The translations under genes and the position numbers were made by a program. DNA of 64,000 bases from Clostridia bacterium (GTDB taxonomy: Bacteria; Bacillota; Clostridia; Peptostreptococcales; Anaerovoracaceae), in NCBI GenBank assembly GCA_024403135.1, contig JAKSSK010000001.1, forward strand, positions 830 through 64,829, in the 5' to 3' direction. Under the pieces are notes generated by a model. The model did not search any database. It was not told the DNA's origin and saw nothing but the letters and a program-made list of their open reading frames with translations. Shown here piece after piece: positions 48,632-59,338 of the stretch (within the stretch, counting starts at the first letter, position 1; every line of letters starts with the position of its first letter).

Positions 48632-50288
48632 TCTTTGCCTCTCTATCTTCCTCAGTTACAGCTGATCCTAATGAGATGGTTGCCTTTTCAAGTTCTGCAA
48701 CAGTGTTTCTGATGTTAGTAAGCTTAGCATCTGAAATTTCACCGCCCATAGCAAGGTCAGCTCCATAAAGTATGTTCTCAATCTGGCTGTGAATGTTGGA
48801 TAAGGTCATCCTTACCTTCTGTACCTGTTCATCGTCGTAAGCTTCCTTCATAGCATCCTGGAAGTTAACTATTTCATCCTTTTCTAGAACGAATTCGCTG
48901 TTACCTTCAACCACAATTGGCTTGTATCCTAGCTTGTCCTCAACGTACTTAGCAAAGTCCCTCTTAGAGTCCATCTCGCCGTGAACTAAGAAGATGTGCT
49001 TAGGTTCCTTAACAAAGCCGCTTAGCCATGCGAATAGGCCGTCTCTATCTGCGTGACCGGAGAAACCTTCTAGGTTGTGAATCTTTGCGTTGACGGTTAT
49101 AGGTTCGCCGAATAAAGTTACAGTCTTTTGGCCTTCTACCAGCATCTTACCTAAAGTGCCTTCAGCCTGGTATCCTACGAAAACGATGCTGTTTCTAGCA
49201 TCCCATAGGTTGTGCTTTAAGTGGTGACGAATTCTACCAGCTTCGCACATTCCTGATGCAGAGATTATGATCTTAGGTGTTCTATTCATATTTAGAGCCT
49301 GAGATTCAGCAGTTGTTCTTGTGAATTCTAGGTTAGGAAAATCTAGAGGATTGTCCCCACGGATGATGTATTCCTTAGTTTCCTCATCGAATACGGAAGC
49401 GTTGTTTCTAAATACCTCAGTTGCAGTAGTTGCCATAGGTGAGTCAACATATACCTTAACTCCTGCAAGAACGTCCTGGTACTGAGGATCAGATTCAAAT
49501 ATCTTGTTGAATTCGAATAGAAGCTCCTGAGTTCTACCTACAGCAAAGGATGGAATTACAACGTTTCCTCCGCGCTTTATGGTAGTTACTACAATATCTA
49601 AAAGTTCCTTGATGCTTGTTGAATTTTCACTGTGAAGTCTGTTGCCGTATGTAGTCTCCATGATTACATAGTCAGCCTTCTTGATAATTGTTGGATTTCT
49701 AAGGATAGGTCTATCCATAACTCCAAGGTCACCAGAGAATACGATCTTTGATGTGTCCTCACCTTCAGTTACCCATAGCTCGGTGATGGCTGAACCTAGG
49801 ATATGACCTGCGTCGTTAAATACCATCTTCATCTGATCGTTAAGTTCTATCAGCTGGTCATAAAGAACTGGTGTAACTAGAGCTAGAGCATCCTCAGCAT
49901 CCTGCATTGTGTAAAGAGGTTCTACTGGTGGCTTACCTGCTCTAAGGTTCTTCTTTGTCTGGTATACAGCATCCTGCTCATGAATGTGAGCGCTGTCCTT
50001 TAGCATTACGTTTAGAAGGTCTGCTGTAGCGTCTGTGCAGTAGATCTTACCCTTAAATCCGCGCTTAACAAGTAGAGGAATTCTGCCGCAGTGGTCGATG
50101 TGAGCATGGCTAAGAAGTAGCAGTTCTATCTCTGCAGGGTTAAAAGGAAATTCCTCCCTGTTTTGTGCTTCCATAATCTTTCCGCCTTGGAACTGTCCAC
50201 AGTCCAGCAGAATCTTATGGTTTTCAGTTGTAATTAGATGGCATGAGCCAGTAACGGTGTTAGATGCACCACAAAATTGAATTTTCAC
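48624..50288 (-). CDS. MBL-fold beta-CASP family ribonuclease (CPSF73/RNase J-like)
   Basis: LLSHAHIDHCG plus beta-CASP layout and a C-terminal RNA-specificity region (GFSGHAD). Start set at the GTG at 50288, with GGAGGT 6 nt upstream and 2 nt after the glpP stop; the ATG at 50303 is the alternative. Confidence 0.8.
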   Translation of the reverse strand: MKIQFCGASNTVTGSCHLITTENHKILLDCGQFQGGKIMEAQNREEFPFNPAEIELLLLSHAHIDHCGRIPLLVKRGFKGKIYCTDATADLLNVMLKDSAHIHEQDAVYQTKKNLRAGKPPVEPLYTMQDAEDALALVTPVLYDQLIELNDQMKMVFNDAGHILGSAITELWVTEGEDTSKIVFSGDLGVMDRPILRNPTIIKKADYVIMETTYGNRLHSENSTSIKELLDIVVTTIKRGGNVVIPSFAVGRTQELLFEFNKIFESDPQYQDVLAGVKVYVDSPMATTATEVFRNNASVFDEETKEYIIRGDNPLDFPNLEFTRTTAESQALNMNRTPKIIISASGMCEAGRIRHHLKHNLWDARNSIVFVGYQAEGTLGKMLVEGQKTVTLFGEPITVNAKIHNLEGFSGHADRDGLFAWLSGFVKEPKHIFLVHGEMDSKRDFAKYVEDKLGYKPIVVEGNSEFVLEKDEIVNFQDAMKEAYDDEQVQKVRMTLSNIHSQIENILYGADLAMGGEISDAKLTNIRNTVAELEKATISLGSAVTEEDREAKNE

Positions 50289-50290
50289 TT

Positions 50291-50824
50291 CTATACCTCC
50301 CAAAGTTCCTTTTTACTAGTTGCTATCTGGTAAGCACCAGATTCAAGAGCTCTCTCAAGCTCCTCTTTATTGTCTATTAAACCTGCCGCCATGACAGGAA
50401 CGTTTACCTTTGTGGATATTTCCTTGATTCTATCGTAGATGACTCCAGGCATTACCTCTACAAAGTCTGGACTTGAAATCCTGATGGAATCTATTGCAGT
50501 ATCTATGGAGTGAGAGTCTATGATGAAGAACCTCTGTATGGCTATAAGGCCCACTTCCTTTGCAATCTTAACTATGGAGTTCTTGGTGGTTATGATGCCA
50601 TCAACTCCCATGTTCTTTAGCATGGTAAGGCCAGATTTATCCTTTGCAGCTCCTGCCACAAAGTCGGTATGTACAAAGGCCTTCTTTCCTGCCTGGTGAA
50701 TCTTCTCCACCACATCTTTTAAGTTTAAAATATCTGATTGCAGTAGGAAGATGTTGCTAACCTTGGACTGTAACGCTAATCCTAGGTCCTCTTCCTTTCT
50801 AACTGCAGCGTTTACTCTTATCAT
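50291..50824 (-). CDS. glpP: GlpP-family glycerol-3-phosphate-responsive antiterminator homolog
   Basis: Colinear similarity to B. subtilis GlpP as I recall it (IQRFFIIDSHSIDT..., PDFVEVMPGV, AAGLI..KEE...AL.SGA..I.TS...LW). Confidence 0.8.
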   Translation of the reverse strand: MIRVNAAVRKEEDLGLALQSKVSNIFLLQSDILNLKDVVEKIHQAGKKAFVHTDFVAGAAKDKSGLTMLKNMGVDGIITTKNSIVKIAKEVGLIAIQRFFIIDSHSIDTAIDSIRISSPDFVEVMPGVIYDRIKEISTKVNVPVMAAGLIDNKEELERALESGAYQIATSKKELWEV

Positions 50825-50833
50825 TTTACACCT

Positions 50834-51595
50834 CTATTCGTGAAAGTCGCTTCCTTGAGTTATATGTAGGTGATATTTTGAGGCTAAGGAGATAAAGAAG
50901 TTTTCAGCTTCATTATCGTGGGAAGGATGATAGCATTCAATTCCCTTTAGCCCAGCCTTTTTAAGTTCAAAGACGAGATTAGCCACTTCCTCTTTTGAAA
51001 GCTTAATCTCTCCTGGATGAGCAAGTACAGCCATGCCGCCAGCCTGGTTTATTAGCTCAATGGCATCCTTTGTATTAAGGCCCTTCTTTTGAATGGCCTT
51101 TATCTCATCCCTTTCAAATATGTTATCGAAGGCTTCTTTTTTTGTCTTTGCATATCCCTTGTTTACTAGAGCCATAGCAAAGTGTGGCTTTCCAAAGTAT
51201 GTCTGGCCAGGCCTTGCTATGACATCCTCCATGGTTATGTCATATCCAAGATCCTGCAAAGCCTTTAGAAGCCTAGCGTTTCTCTCTTTTCTGTTTTCCT
51301 GTAATTCCTTTAAGGTATCTATCAGCTTCTGGTTGGTTCTATCAAACTTATACCCTAAGATGTGTACCTTTACGCCCTCATGCGTCTTTGTAGATATTTC
51401 TACTCCAGGAATTACCTGTATCTCCAGAGCTTCCCCTGCTGTAAGGGCTTCATCAAGACCATCTATTCCATCGTGGTCTGTTATTGCCACGATATCATAT
51501 TCTTCGGCCTTTCTCTTTTTAATTATCTCTACAGGCTTTAAAGCCCCGTCTGAATATGTGGTGTGGATGTGGTAGTCCACCTTAAAATCCATCAT
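50834..51595 (-). CDS. PHP-domain phosphoesterase (YciV/TrpH-like; pAp phosphatase / 5'-3' exoribonuclease family)
   Basis: Motifs DYHIHTTYSDG, AITDHD, IPGVEIST and VHILGY. Confidence 0.8.
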   Translation of the reverse strand: MMDFKVDYHIHTTYSDGALKPVEIIKKRKAEEYDIVAITDHDGIDGLDEALTAGEALEIQVIPGVEISTKTHEGVKVHILGYKFDRTNQKLIDTLKELQENRKERNARLLKALQDLGYDITMEDVIARPGQTYFGKPHFAMALVNKGYAKTKKEAFDNIFERDEIKAIQKKGLNTKDAIELINQAGGMAVLAHPGEIKLSKEEVANLVFELKKAGLKGIECYHPSHDNEAENFFISLASKYHLHITQGSDFHE

Positions 51596-52122
51596 AAAAC
51601 CAAATTCCTTTCAAGGTTTGTTCTAGTCTTTTTGTCAGTTAAAATATCAACAAGTGTAAGGGCAAAGTCCATTGCCTTTCCTGGTCCTCTAGAAGTTACA
51701 ATGTTTCCATCAATTACTACAGAGTCCTTTTTAGGCTTACCCCCTATTAAGTATTCCTCCATACCTGGATAGATGGTGCATTTTCTTCCTTCAAGAAGGC
51801 CTAAATCTCCTAGTACAAGCGGCGCTGCACATATTGCACATATCCACTTATCCTTTGCCTTTAGAAGTTCTTCTCTAAGAAGTGTGCAGTCCTTTAGGTT
51901 GTTTGTGCCAGGCATTCCTCCAGGAAGTACAAACATGTCTACTGAGTTAAAATCTAAATCTTCAATAAGGGTATCTGCTTCCACGTAGATGTTATGTGCG
52001 CCCCTCACCTTTTTAGAGCCTACACCTACTGTCCTTACGTCTATCTTTACCCTTCTAAGCAGGTCAACTGCTGTAAGAGCTTCAATTTCTTCAAATCCAT
52101 CTGCTAAAAATATTGCTACCAT
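51592..52122 (-). CDS. DJ-1/PfpI (ThiJ/YajL-like) family protein
   Basis: Nucleophile-elbow motif ICAAP and the GFEEIEA start typical of the DJ-1 family. Confidence 0.85.
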   Translation of the reverse strand: MVAIFLADGFEEIEALTAVDLLRRVKIDVRTVGVGSKKVRGAHNIYVEADTLIEDLDFNSVDMFVLPGGMPGTNNLKDCTLLREELLKAKDKWICAICAAPLVLGDLGLLEGRKCTIYPGMEEYLIGGKPKKDSVVIDGNIVTSRGPGKAMDFALTLVDILTDKKTRTNLERNLVL

Positions 52123-52796
52123 TTTCCTCTCCTATCGAACATCTTGTCTGGGTCGCATATCCTCTTGGTGATGTAATATATTAGGAATATTAAAATTACG
52201 CTAAGAGCTGCATAGACAACGTCTACATTGATCCAGAAGTTACCCTTTGTAAACAGGATGCTTAGCACCGAGTCCTTTGCCAGTTTAATGCCTATCTGAG
52301 ATGCATAAAATGCGTTTCTTACAGGCTTTAATGCCAAGGCTATACCAGTTAATATTGTAAAAGCTAGCCCCGCTAAAACCCCAATTTTTACAGATGTGTA
52401 AATAAGCTCATCTTCTTCCTTTGCATAAAGGAAAAAGAAAAGGCCTATGAACATGAGAAGCAGTATTATGCCAATCAAAAGGCTGATACTTAGATAGTCT
52501 CTAAGCTCGAACAATATCTCCTGCTCAGTGTCTGAAAAGACAGGGTCGTTGGCGTATCCTGCGTTTTCAGTAATGTCCACCTCATCACCGAAGAAATCCC
52601 CTAAAAAATCTGACATTTGGTCAGCAAGATCGTTGGCAGTTAGGTCTAAAGTTGTATAGTCTATTGCCTGGGATTCATTTAAGTGATATGAGTAAACTTC
52701 AGGCGCTCTAAGTGAAATGTTTAGGGCCAAAAGACTTACTAAAAGTGGCAAAATTATTATTAATATGAAAGAACTAATTTTGTGTGCTTTCTTCAT
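52116..52796 (-). CDS. Integral membrane protein, function unknown (possibly TIGR01906/DUF1461-like)
   Basis: N-terminal TM helix, an extracytoplasmic acidic segment, then three more TM helices. First gene of the overlapping operon. Confidence 0.45.
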   Translation of the reverse strand: MKKAHKISSFILIIILPLLVSLLALNISLRAPEVYSYHLNESQAIDYTTLDLTANDLADQMSDFLGDFFGDEVDITENAGYANDPVFSDTEQEILFELRDYLSISLLIGIILLLMFIGLFFFLYAKEEDELIYTSVKIGVLAGLAFTILTGIALALKPVRNAFYASQIGIKLAKDSVLSILFTKGNFWINVDVVYAALSVILIFLIYYITKRICDPDKMFDRRGKW

Positions 52797-52824
52797 ATAT
52801 TTCTCCTCATACTTATTCTATTTT

Positions 52825-52852
52825 ATTATATATCTCACAGATATTTTGTCAA
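52825..52852 (-). promoter_or_regulatory. Consensus sigma-A promoter of the 7-gene operon
   Basis: The minus strand reads TTGACA, a 16-nt spacer, then TATAAT. It lies ~30 nt upstream of the GAGGAG RBS and the ATG at 52796. Confidence 0.6.
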
Positions 52853-52863
52853 TTTAAGACATG

Positions 52864-52892
52864 AAAAAAACGGGACCAAATTGATCCCGTTT
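52864..52892 (-). terminator. Rho-independent terminator after hppA
   Basis: The minus strand reads AAACGGGA-loop-TCCCGTTT followed by TTTTTTT. Confidence 0.75.
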
Positions 52893-52909
52893 ATATACAT
52901 AATTTAATA

Positions 52910-54952
52910 TTAGCCTAATAGGTTTGTAAGTACTCCGCCAACCTGTACGAATAGAGGTGCGAATACTACTGAAACGATTGTCATAAGCTTGATTAAGATG
53001 TTGATTGATGGACCAGATGTATCCTTGAATGGGTCACCTACAGTATCACCAACAACTGCAGCCTTATGTACTTCTGAACCCTTACCACCGAAGTGTCCTT
53101 CTTCAACGTACTTCTTAGCGTTATCCCAAGCACCACCAGCGTTTGCCATCATGATAGCAAGTAGTACGCCAGCTGAAAGAGCTCCGCCAAGTAATCCGCC
53201 TAAAGCAGCAGGTCCAAGTAGTAGACCAACTAGTAGAGGAGCGATGATTGCTAGTAGTCCAGGAGCAACCATTTCCTTAAGAGCAGCACCAGTTGAAATT
53301 TCAACGCACTTAGCATAGTCAGGCTTTGAAGTTCCTTCCATGATACCCTTGTCTTCTCTAAATTGTCTTCTAACTTCTTCGATCATTTGGTTAGCAGCCT
53401 TACCTACTGAGTTCATAGTCATAGCACTGAATAGGAATGGAAGCATTGCACCGATGAATAATCCGATGATTACTAGTGGATCTAGTAAGCTGATTCCCTT
53501 TTGAGTAAGCTGAGTTACTTCTGCATATGATACGAATAAAGCAAGAGCTGTTAAAGCAGCAGAACCGATAGCGAATCCCTTACCGATTGCAGCTGTTGTA
53601 TTACCAACTGCGTCAAGCTTGTCTGTAATTTCTCTAACGTCTTCAGGTAGTTCTGACATTTCAGCGATACCACCAGCGTTATCTGATACTGGACCGTAAG
53701 CGTCTACTGCTACAGTCATACCAGTAGTTGAAAGCATACCTACAGCAGCAAGAGCGATGCCGTAAATACCAGCGAAGTAGTAAGCGATGAAAATAGCTAC
53801 TGCGATGAAGATGATTGGCCATAATGTTGACATCATACCAACGCCAAGACCACTGATGATAGTAGTTGCAGCACCAGTTTGTGATTGGTCAGCAATCTTC
53901 TTTACTGAAGCGTATTCAGCAGCAGTGTAAATTTCTGTTACCTTACCAATAGCAATACCTACTGCAAGACCTGCGATGATAGCGAAAGCATAAGTGTAGC
54001 TATCTAACATTGCCTTTGAAAGTAGTACAGCACCGATAACAACGATAACACCTGAGATATATGTACCTGCGTCTAATGACTTAGCAGGGTTAGTACCTTC
54101 TTTACCTCTTACTAATAGGATACCGATGATTGAAGCAACGATACCTAGTGCAGCAAGAATCATAGGGAATAGGATGAATGAACCTTCTGTAATGTTGAAT
54201 CCCTTTTCAGCTACTTCAGCAGCAGTTACGCCAGCTAATGTTACAGCTGAAACGATTGAACCAACATATGATTCAAATAAGTCTGAACCCATACCAGCAA
54301 CGTCACCTACGTTGTCACCTACGTTATCTGCGATAACTGCAGGGTTTCTAGGGTCGTCTTCTGGGATACCAGCTTCAACCTTACCTACAAGGTCAGCACC
54401 AACATCAGCAGCCTTAGTGTAGATACCACCACCAACTCTTCCGAATAGAGCCATTGATGAAGCACCAAGACCAAATCCAGTAACGCATTCAACCATTGTA
54501 GCTTGACCTAATACTACAAGAACCATACCTAGTCCGAATAGTCCAAGACATGCTACGCAAAGTCCCATAACAGCACCTGATCTAAATGCAATCTTTAATG
54601 CCTTAGGCATACCTGATTCCATTGCAGCGTTAGCAGTTCTAACGTTACCTAGAGTAGCAACTTGCATACCGAAGTATCCAGCTAGTACTGAAAGTAGTGC
54701 ACCACAAACGTAAAGAACAGCTGTTGTCCAGTTACCAAGACCAATACCGATTAATAGGAATAGTACAACAATAACGATTGCCATTGTCTTGTATTCTCTC
54801 TTTAAGAAAGCCATAGCTCCTTCTCTGATGAAGCCTGAAATTTCTTTCATTCTGTCAGTTCCTTCTTCAGCCTTCTTGATCCAGCTAGCTAAGCAGAATG
54901 CTACTAGTAGACCTACTACGGCAATAATAGGAACTAAAGTTTTTAAACCCAT
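52910..54952 (-). CDS. hppA: Membrane-integral pyrophosphate-energised cation pump, K+-dependent signature
   Basis: 680 aa with ~16 TM helices. Motifs [27 protein letters not shown] and [10 protein letters not shown] (Ala at the K+-dependence position). Confidence 0.93.
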   Translation of the reverse strand: MGLKTLVPIIAVVGLLVAFCLASWIKKAEEGTDRMKEISGFIREGAMAFLKREYKTMAIVIVVLFLLIGIGLGNWTTAVLYVCGALLSVLAGYFGMQVATLGNVRTANAAMESGMPKALKIAFRSGAVMGLCVACLGLFGLGMVLVVLGQATMVECVTGFGLGASSMALFGRVGGGIYTKAADVGADLVGKVEAGIPEDDPRNPAVIADNVGDNVGDVAGMGSDLFESYVGSIVSAVTLAGVTAAEVAEKGFNITEGSFILFPMILAALGIVASIIGILLVRGKEGTNPAKSLDAGTYISGVIVVIGAVLLSKAMLDSYTYAFAIIAGLAVGIAIGKVTEIYTAAEYASVKKIADQSQTGAATTIISGLGVGMMSTLWPIIFIAVAIFIAYYFAGIYGIALAAVGMLSTTGMTVAVDAYGPVSDNAGGIAEMSELPEDVREITDKLDAVGNTTAAIGKGFAIGSAALTALALFVSYAEVTQLTQKGISLLDPLVIIGLFIGAMLPFLFSAMTMNSVGKAANQMIEEVRRQFREDKGIMEGTSKPDYAKCVEISTGAALKEMVAPGLLAIIAPLLVGLLLGPAALGGLLGGALSAGVLLAIMMANAGGAWDNAKKYVEEGHFGGKGSEVHKAAVVGDTVGDPFKDTSGPSINILIKLMTIVSVVFAPLFVQVGGVLTNLLG

Positions 54953-55054
54953 TTTAAAGTAACCTCCTTGTTTTGCTTTAATGTCACATAAGAGGTACCC
55001 TAAAGCACCTCTTAGAATTTAAGCAAATATTAAATTATAAGTTATAAATTAAAA

Positions 55055-55297
55055 CTAATTAAATAATGTAACAATTGCTAGTGATAAGCAGATGAATAAG
55101 ACTGCAGCTACTACTGTAATCTTAGATAATATGCCATCATAACCCTTGCTCTTTTTCTTACCAAATAGTTGTTCAGCACCACCAGCGATTGATCCTGATA
55201 AGCCAGCACTGTTACTTGATTGAAGTAAAATACTGATGATCATAATAATGCTGCATAGTCCTAAAATAACCATTAGGATAATTTGTAATGTACCCAT
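55055..55297 (-). CDS. secG: Preprotein translocase subunit SecG
   Basis: 80 aa, two TM helices and the central motif LLQSSNSAGLSGSIAGG. Confidence 0.85.
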   Translation of the reverse strand: MGTLQIILMVILGLCSIIMIISILLQSSNSAGLSGSIAGGAEQLFGKKKSKGYDGILSKITVVAAVLFICLSLAIVTLFN

Positions 55298-55344
55298 AAT
55301 GTACCTCCTAAATTACTAACTAGATGATTTTATCACGTAAATGG

Positions 55345-56085
55345 CTAAAAATCAAGCATTTTATTAAATTTATCAGGGTCAAGACTTGCACCACCAACTA
55401 GGGCTCCGTCTATGTCTTCCATGGACATGATTTCCTTGATATTTTCAGGCTTTGCGCTGCCACCATACTGGATAAGGATATCCTCTGATGCAGCCTTACC
55501 GTAAAGAGAAGAAACGGTATCTCTAATAAGCTTACACATCTCCTGAGCCTGCTCCTTAGTAGCAGTAAGGCCAGTACCAATAGCCCATATAGGTTCATAG
55601 GCTATGACCATCTTTTTAACCTGCTCTTCATCTAGGTTTACAAGGTCTGCCTTAACCTGATGAGAAACGATGTCCTTTTCTTTACCAGCATTTCTCTCTT
55701 CAAGGGATTCACCTACGCAAAGGATTGGAACTATGCCGTTCTCAAACAGCTTTGGAAGCTTCTTTGCAATAGCCTCATCTGTCTCACCAAAGTACTGTCT
55801 TCTCTCGGAGTGGCCTACTATGCAGTGGCTAACTCCTATCTCCTTTAGCATTGGAGCAGAAATTTCCCCAGTGAAAGCACCGCTATCTTCAAAGTGTACG
55901 TTTTGAGCCCCTACCATCACCTTGCCATAAAACTCAGAGATTAAAGTTTCAAGCTGAAGGTATGGCGCGCATACTAGCACATCGTACTTTGTATCCACCA
56001 GTTCCTTAAACTTTCTAGCGTAATTTCTTGCGCTAGCTATGTCCATATTCATCTTAAAGTTACCCGCTATAAGTGGTGTTCTCAT
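55345..56085 (-). CDS. tpiA: Triosephosphate isomerase
   Basis: Motifs GNFKMN, VGHSERR and AYEPIWAIGTG. Confidence 0.96.
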   Translation of the reverse strand: MRTPLIAGNFKMNMDIASARNYARKFKELVDTKYDVLVCAPYLQLETLISEFYGKVMVGAQNVHFEDSGAFTGEISAPMLKEIGVSHCIVGHSERRQYFGETDEAIAKKLPKLFENGIVPILCVGESLEERNAGKEKDIVSHQVKADLVNLDEEQVKKMVIAYEPIWAIGTGLTATKEQAQEMCKLIRDTVSSLYGKAASEDILIQYGGSAKPENIKEIMSMEDIDGALVGGASLDPDKFNKMLDF

Positions 56086-56086
56086 G

Positions 56087-57262
56087 TTACTTCTCCTCTA
56101 TTACAGCGATTCCTGGTAAAACCTTTCCTTCAAGGAATTCTAAGGATGCTCCGCCACCTGTTGAGATGTGAGTCATCTTATCTCCTAGGCCAAACTTATC
56201 TACTGCAGCAGCTGAATCTCCGCCACCGATGATAGTGGTTGCATCACATTCAGCCATAGCCATAGCAACGCCTAAAGTGCCTTTTGAGAATCTATCGAAT
56301 TCAAATACTCCCATAGGTCCATTCCATACTACAGTGTTTGCGCTCTTGATGATTTCACTGTATTTCTTAACAGTTTCAGGACCCATATCTAGGCATTCCT
56401 TTTCTGCAGGAATCTCATCTATTGAGCCATAGTAAAATGGGCTTTCAGGGTCGTAGCCATCTGCAATAGCTACGTCTACTGGAAGAACCAGCTTATCCCC
56501 TGCCTTAGCCATAAGTTCCTTAGCTACGTCTAGGCTTTCTTCATCTAGAAGTGACTTACCTATTTCCTTACCCATGGCCTTGATGAAGGTGTATGACATT
56601 CCTCCTCCGATGATAAGCTTATCTACCTTTGAAAGCAGATTGTTGATTACTGGAATCTTGTCTGAAACCTTAGCGCCACCTAAGATTGCAACTAAAGGTC
56701 TCTTTGGATTTTCTATGGCGTTACCTAAGAACATAACTTCCTTTTCAATTAGAAATCCTGCTACGCAAGGAAGGTATTCTGCTACTCCTGCTGTTGATGA
56801 GTGAGCTCTATGAGCTGTACCAAAAGCATCGTTTACGAATACATCGCCTAGATCTGCAAGTTCCTTGGCAAAGTCCAGTCCGTTCTTGGTCTCTTCTTTT
56901 CTATATCTTACGTTTTCTAGAAGCATTACCTGTCCATCTTCTAAAGCATTTGCTCTTTCCTTGATGGAATCACAAACTACTGTAGGGCAGCTTGAGAAAA
57001 GCACTTCCTTTCCTAGAAGTTCACTTAACTTTTCTGCTACAGGCTTTAAGGTATACTTCATGTCTGGCGCGCCATCAGGTCTACCAAGGTGTGACATTAA
57101 TATTACCTTTGCTCCGTTTTCTAATAGATAGTTTATTGTAGGAAGGGCTGCTACGATTCTAGTATCGTCTGTAATTGCCCCGTCCTGCATAGGCACGTTA
57201 AAGTCCACTCTTACAAGGACTCTCTTACCCTTAACTTGTATATCTTTAATGGTCTTCTTCAT
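56087..57262 (-). CDS. pgk: Phosphoglycerate kinase
   Basis: Motifs RVDFNVP, SHLGRP and GGGDSAAA. Start moved to MKKTIKDI, which forms a TAATG overlap with the gap stop. Confidence 0.96.
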   Translation of the reverse strand: MKKTIKDIQVKGKRVLVRVDFNVPMQDGAITDDTRIVAALPTINYLLENGAKVILMSHLGRPDGAPDMKYTLKPVAEKLSELLGKEVLFSSCPTVVCDSIKERANALEDGQVMLLENVRYRKEETKNGLDFAKELADLGDVFVNDAFGTAHRAHSSTAGVAEYLPCVAGFLIEKEVMFLGNAIENPKRPLVAILGGAKVSDKIPVINNLLSKVDKLIIGGGMSYTFIKAMGKEIGKSLLDEESLDVAKELMAKAGDKLVLPVDVAIADGYDPESPFYYGSIDEIPAEKECLDMGPETVKKYSEIIKSANTVVWNGPMGVFEFDRFSKGTLGVAMAMAECDATTIIGGGDSAAAVDKFGLGDKMTHISTGGGASLEFLEGKVLPGIAVIEEK

Positions 57263-58272
57263 TACATACCTTTCTTGATAATATATTGAATTAAATCTAC
57301 TACTCTGTTGGAATAACCCCATTCGTTATCGTACCATGAAAGCACTTTAACCATGTTGCCTTCCTGAACCATTGTGGACAGGCTGTCAACGATTGATGAT
57401 CTTTCATCGTGCTTAAAGTCTATTGAAACTAAAGGTTCGTCACAGTAACCTAGGATGCCCTTCATATAAGTTTCACTAGCCTTCTTAAGAGCTTCGTTGA
57501 CTTCTTCCTTAGTTACGCTCTTTGAAACCTCAAATACAACGTCTACTACGGATACTGCAGGAGTTGGAACTCTCATAGCCATGCCGTTTAGCTTTCCTTC
57601 TAGCTGAGGAAGAACTAATGATACAGCCTTTGCTGCTCCTGTAGTAGTTGGAATCATTGATACTGCTGCAGCTCTTGATCTTCTTAAGTCGCTGTGAGGC
57701 AGGTCTAGAATTCTCTGGTCGTTGGTGTATGAGTGAATAGTTGTCATCATACCCTTAACGATGCCAAATTCCTTGTCCACTACCTTAGCTACTGGAGCAA
57801 GGCAGTTAGTAGTGCATGATGCGTTTGAAATTAGATTGTGAAGCTTAGGATCGTAAGTGTCGTCGTTTACTCCCATAACGATAGTCTTATCCACTTCCTT
57901 TGCAGGTGCTGAGAATACAACCTTCTTTGCTCCTGCAGCTATGTGAAGCATGCCGCCATCGTGGTTGTTAAACTTACCAGTTGATTCTAGCACTACCTCT
58001 ACTCCCAGTTCCTTCCAAGGAAGTTTGCTTGGGTCCTTTTCTGCTAAAATCTTAATTTCTTTACCGTTTACTACCATTGAGCTTTCCTTAGCTTCTACTG
58101 TTCCTTCAAACTTGCCAAAGCAGCTGTCGTATTTTAGTAGATGAGCTAAAGTTGCAGGATCTGTTAAGTCGTTAATTGCAACGATTTCAAAATCTACGTC
58201 CTTTGATTGGGCAATCTTAAATGCGTTTCTTCCTATTCTACCGAATCCGTTAATAGCTACTTTTGTCTTCAT
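57262..58272 (-). CDS. gap: Glyceraldehyde-3-phosphate dehydrogenase, typical bacterial type I
   Basis: Motifs [26 protein letters not shown] and [11 protein letters not shown]. Start at the ATG at 58272, 6 nt after GAGGTG. Confidence 0.95.
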   Translation of the reverse strand: MKTKVAINGFGRIGRNAFKIAQSKDVDFEIVAINDLTDPATLAHLLKYDSCFGKFEGTVEAKESSMVVNGKEIKILAEKDPSKLPWKELGVEVVLESTGKFNNHDGGMLHIAAGAKKVVFSAPAKEVDKTIVMGVNDDTYDPKLHNLISNASCTTNCLAPVAKVVDKEFGIVKGMMTTIHSYTNDQRILDLPHSDLRRSRAAAVSMIPTTTGAAKAVSLVLPQLEGKLNGMAMRVPTPAVSVVDVVFEVSKSVTKEEVNEALKKASETYMKGILGYCDEPLVSIDFKHDERSSIVDSLSTMVQEGNMVKVLSWYDNEWGYSNRVVDLIQYIIKKGM

Positions 58273-58283
58273 AATTTTCACCT

Positions 58284-59300
58284 CTATTTTTGATCTACAC
58301 TGTACATGTGTCTAATCAGTTCAAGTGTCTTTGATGAATAGCCAAACTCGTTGTCGTAGAAAGCGATAAGCTTAAAGAACTTGTCGTTAAGCTCAATACC
58401 TTCCCTTGCGTCGAATATTGAAGTGCAGCTATCTCCAACAAAGTCGCCTGAAACTACTTCGTCATCGATGTATTCGATAACGCCCTTTAGATATGTCTGT
58501 GATGCTTCCTTAACCTTTGCACAGATGTCTGCGTAAGTGGCAGGCTTCTTAAGTACAACGTTAAGATCTATAACTGATACGTCACTTGTAGGGACTCTGT
58601 ATGAAATACCTGTCATCTTTCCCTTTAGTGAAGGGATTACTAGACCTACTGCCTTTGCAGCACCTGTAGTTGATGGAATGATGTTTCCGAATACGGATCT
58701 ACCAGTTCTCCAGTCCTTCATTGATCTTGCGTCAACAACCTTTTGCTTTGCTGTAGCTGAGTGAATAGTGCTCATTAGACCTTGGTCTATTCCCCAGTTG
58801 TCCTCTATAACCTTGCATAGAGGTGCAAGACAGTTTGTTGTGCATGATGCGTTGGATACTACAGGAATGTCCTTTGTGTATTCATCAGAGTTAACTCCAA
58901 ATACGAAGGTTGGTGTTACATCGTCCTTTGCAGGTGCTGAGATTATTACCTTCTTTGCTCCTGCCTTGATGTGGTCCATAGCCTTTTCTGTAGTTGTGTA
59001 AGCACCTGTTGCTTCAACTATGTACTCAGCACCACATTCTGACCAAGGAATGTTTATTGCCTCAGATTCAGAATATACAGGGACCTTCTTACCGTCTATG
59101 ATAAGTCCATCTTCATATCTGTCTAGTGGCTTTGGAAATCTTCCAAATGTAGTGTCGTACTTCAGCATGTATAGAAGATAATCGATGTCAGCGTTTCTTA
59201 CGTTAATACCTGCTATCTCGATGTCCTCCATATCCATGGAAGCTCTAACTACTACTCTTGCGATTCTACCAAAACCGCTAATACCTACTTTAATCGCCAT
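58284..59300 (-). CDS. Second, divergent GAPDH paralog (eukaryote/GapC-like clade) with an altered dinucleotide-binding signature
   Basis: [28 protein letters not shown] and YDNEFGYS match the GapC-like clade. However, it has GFGRIAR in place of GRIGR and GINV in place of (A)IND. Confidence 0.9.
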   Translation of the reverse strand: MAIKVGISGFGRIARVVVRASMDMEDIEIAGINVRNADIDYLLYMLKYDTTFGRFPKPLDRYEDGLIIDGKKVPVYSESEAINIPWSECGAEYIVEATGAYTTTEKAMDHIKAGAKKVIISAPAKDDVTPTFVFGVNSDEYTKDIPVVSNASCTTNCLAPLCKVIEDNWGIDQGLMSTIHSATAKQKVVDARSMKDWRTGRSVFGNIIPSTTGAAKAVGLVIPSLKGKMTGISYRVPTSDVSVIDLNVVLKKPATYADICAKVKEASQTYLKGVIEYIDDEVVSGDFVGDSCTSIFDAREGIELNDKFFKLIAFYDNEFGYSSKTLELIRHMYSVDQK

Positions 59301-59338
59301 TTTCTCAAATTCCTCCTAGCTATTTTTATATATATACC

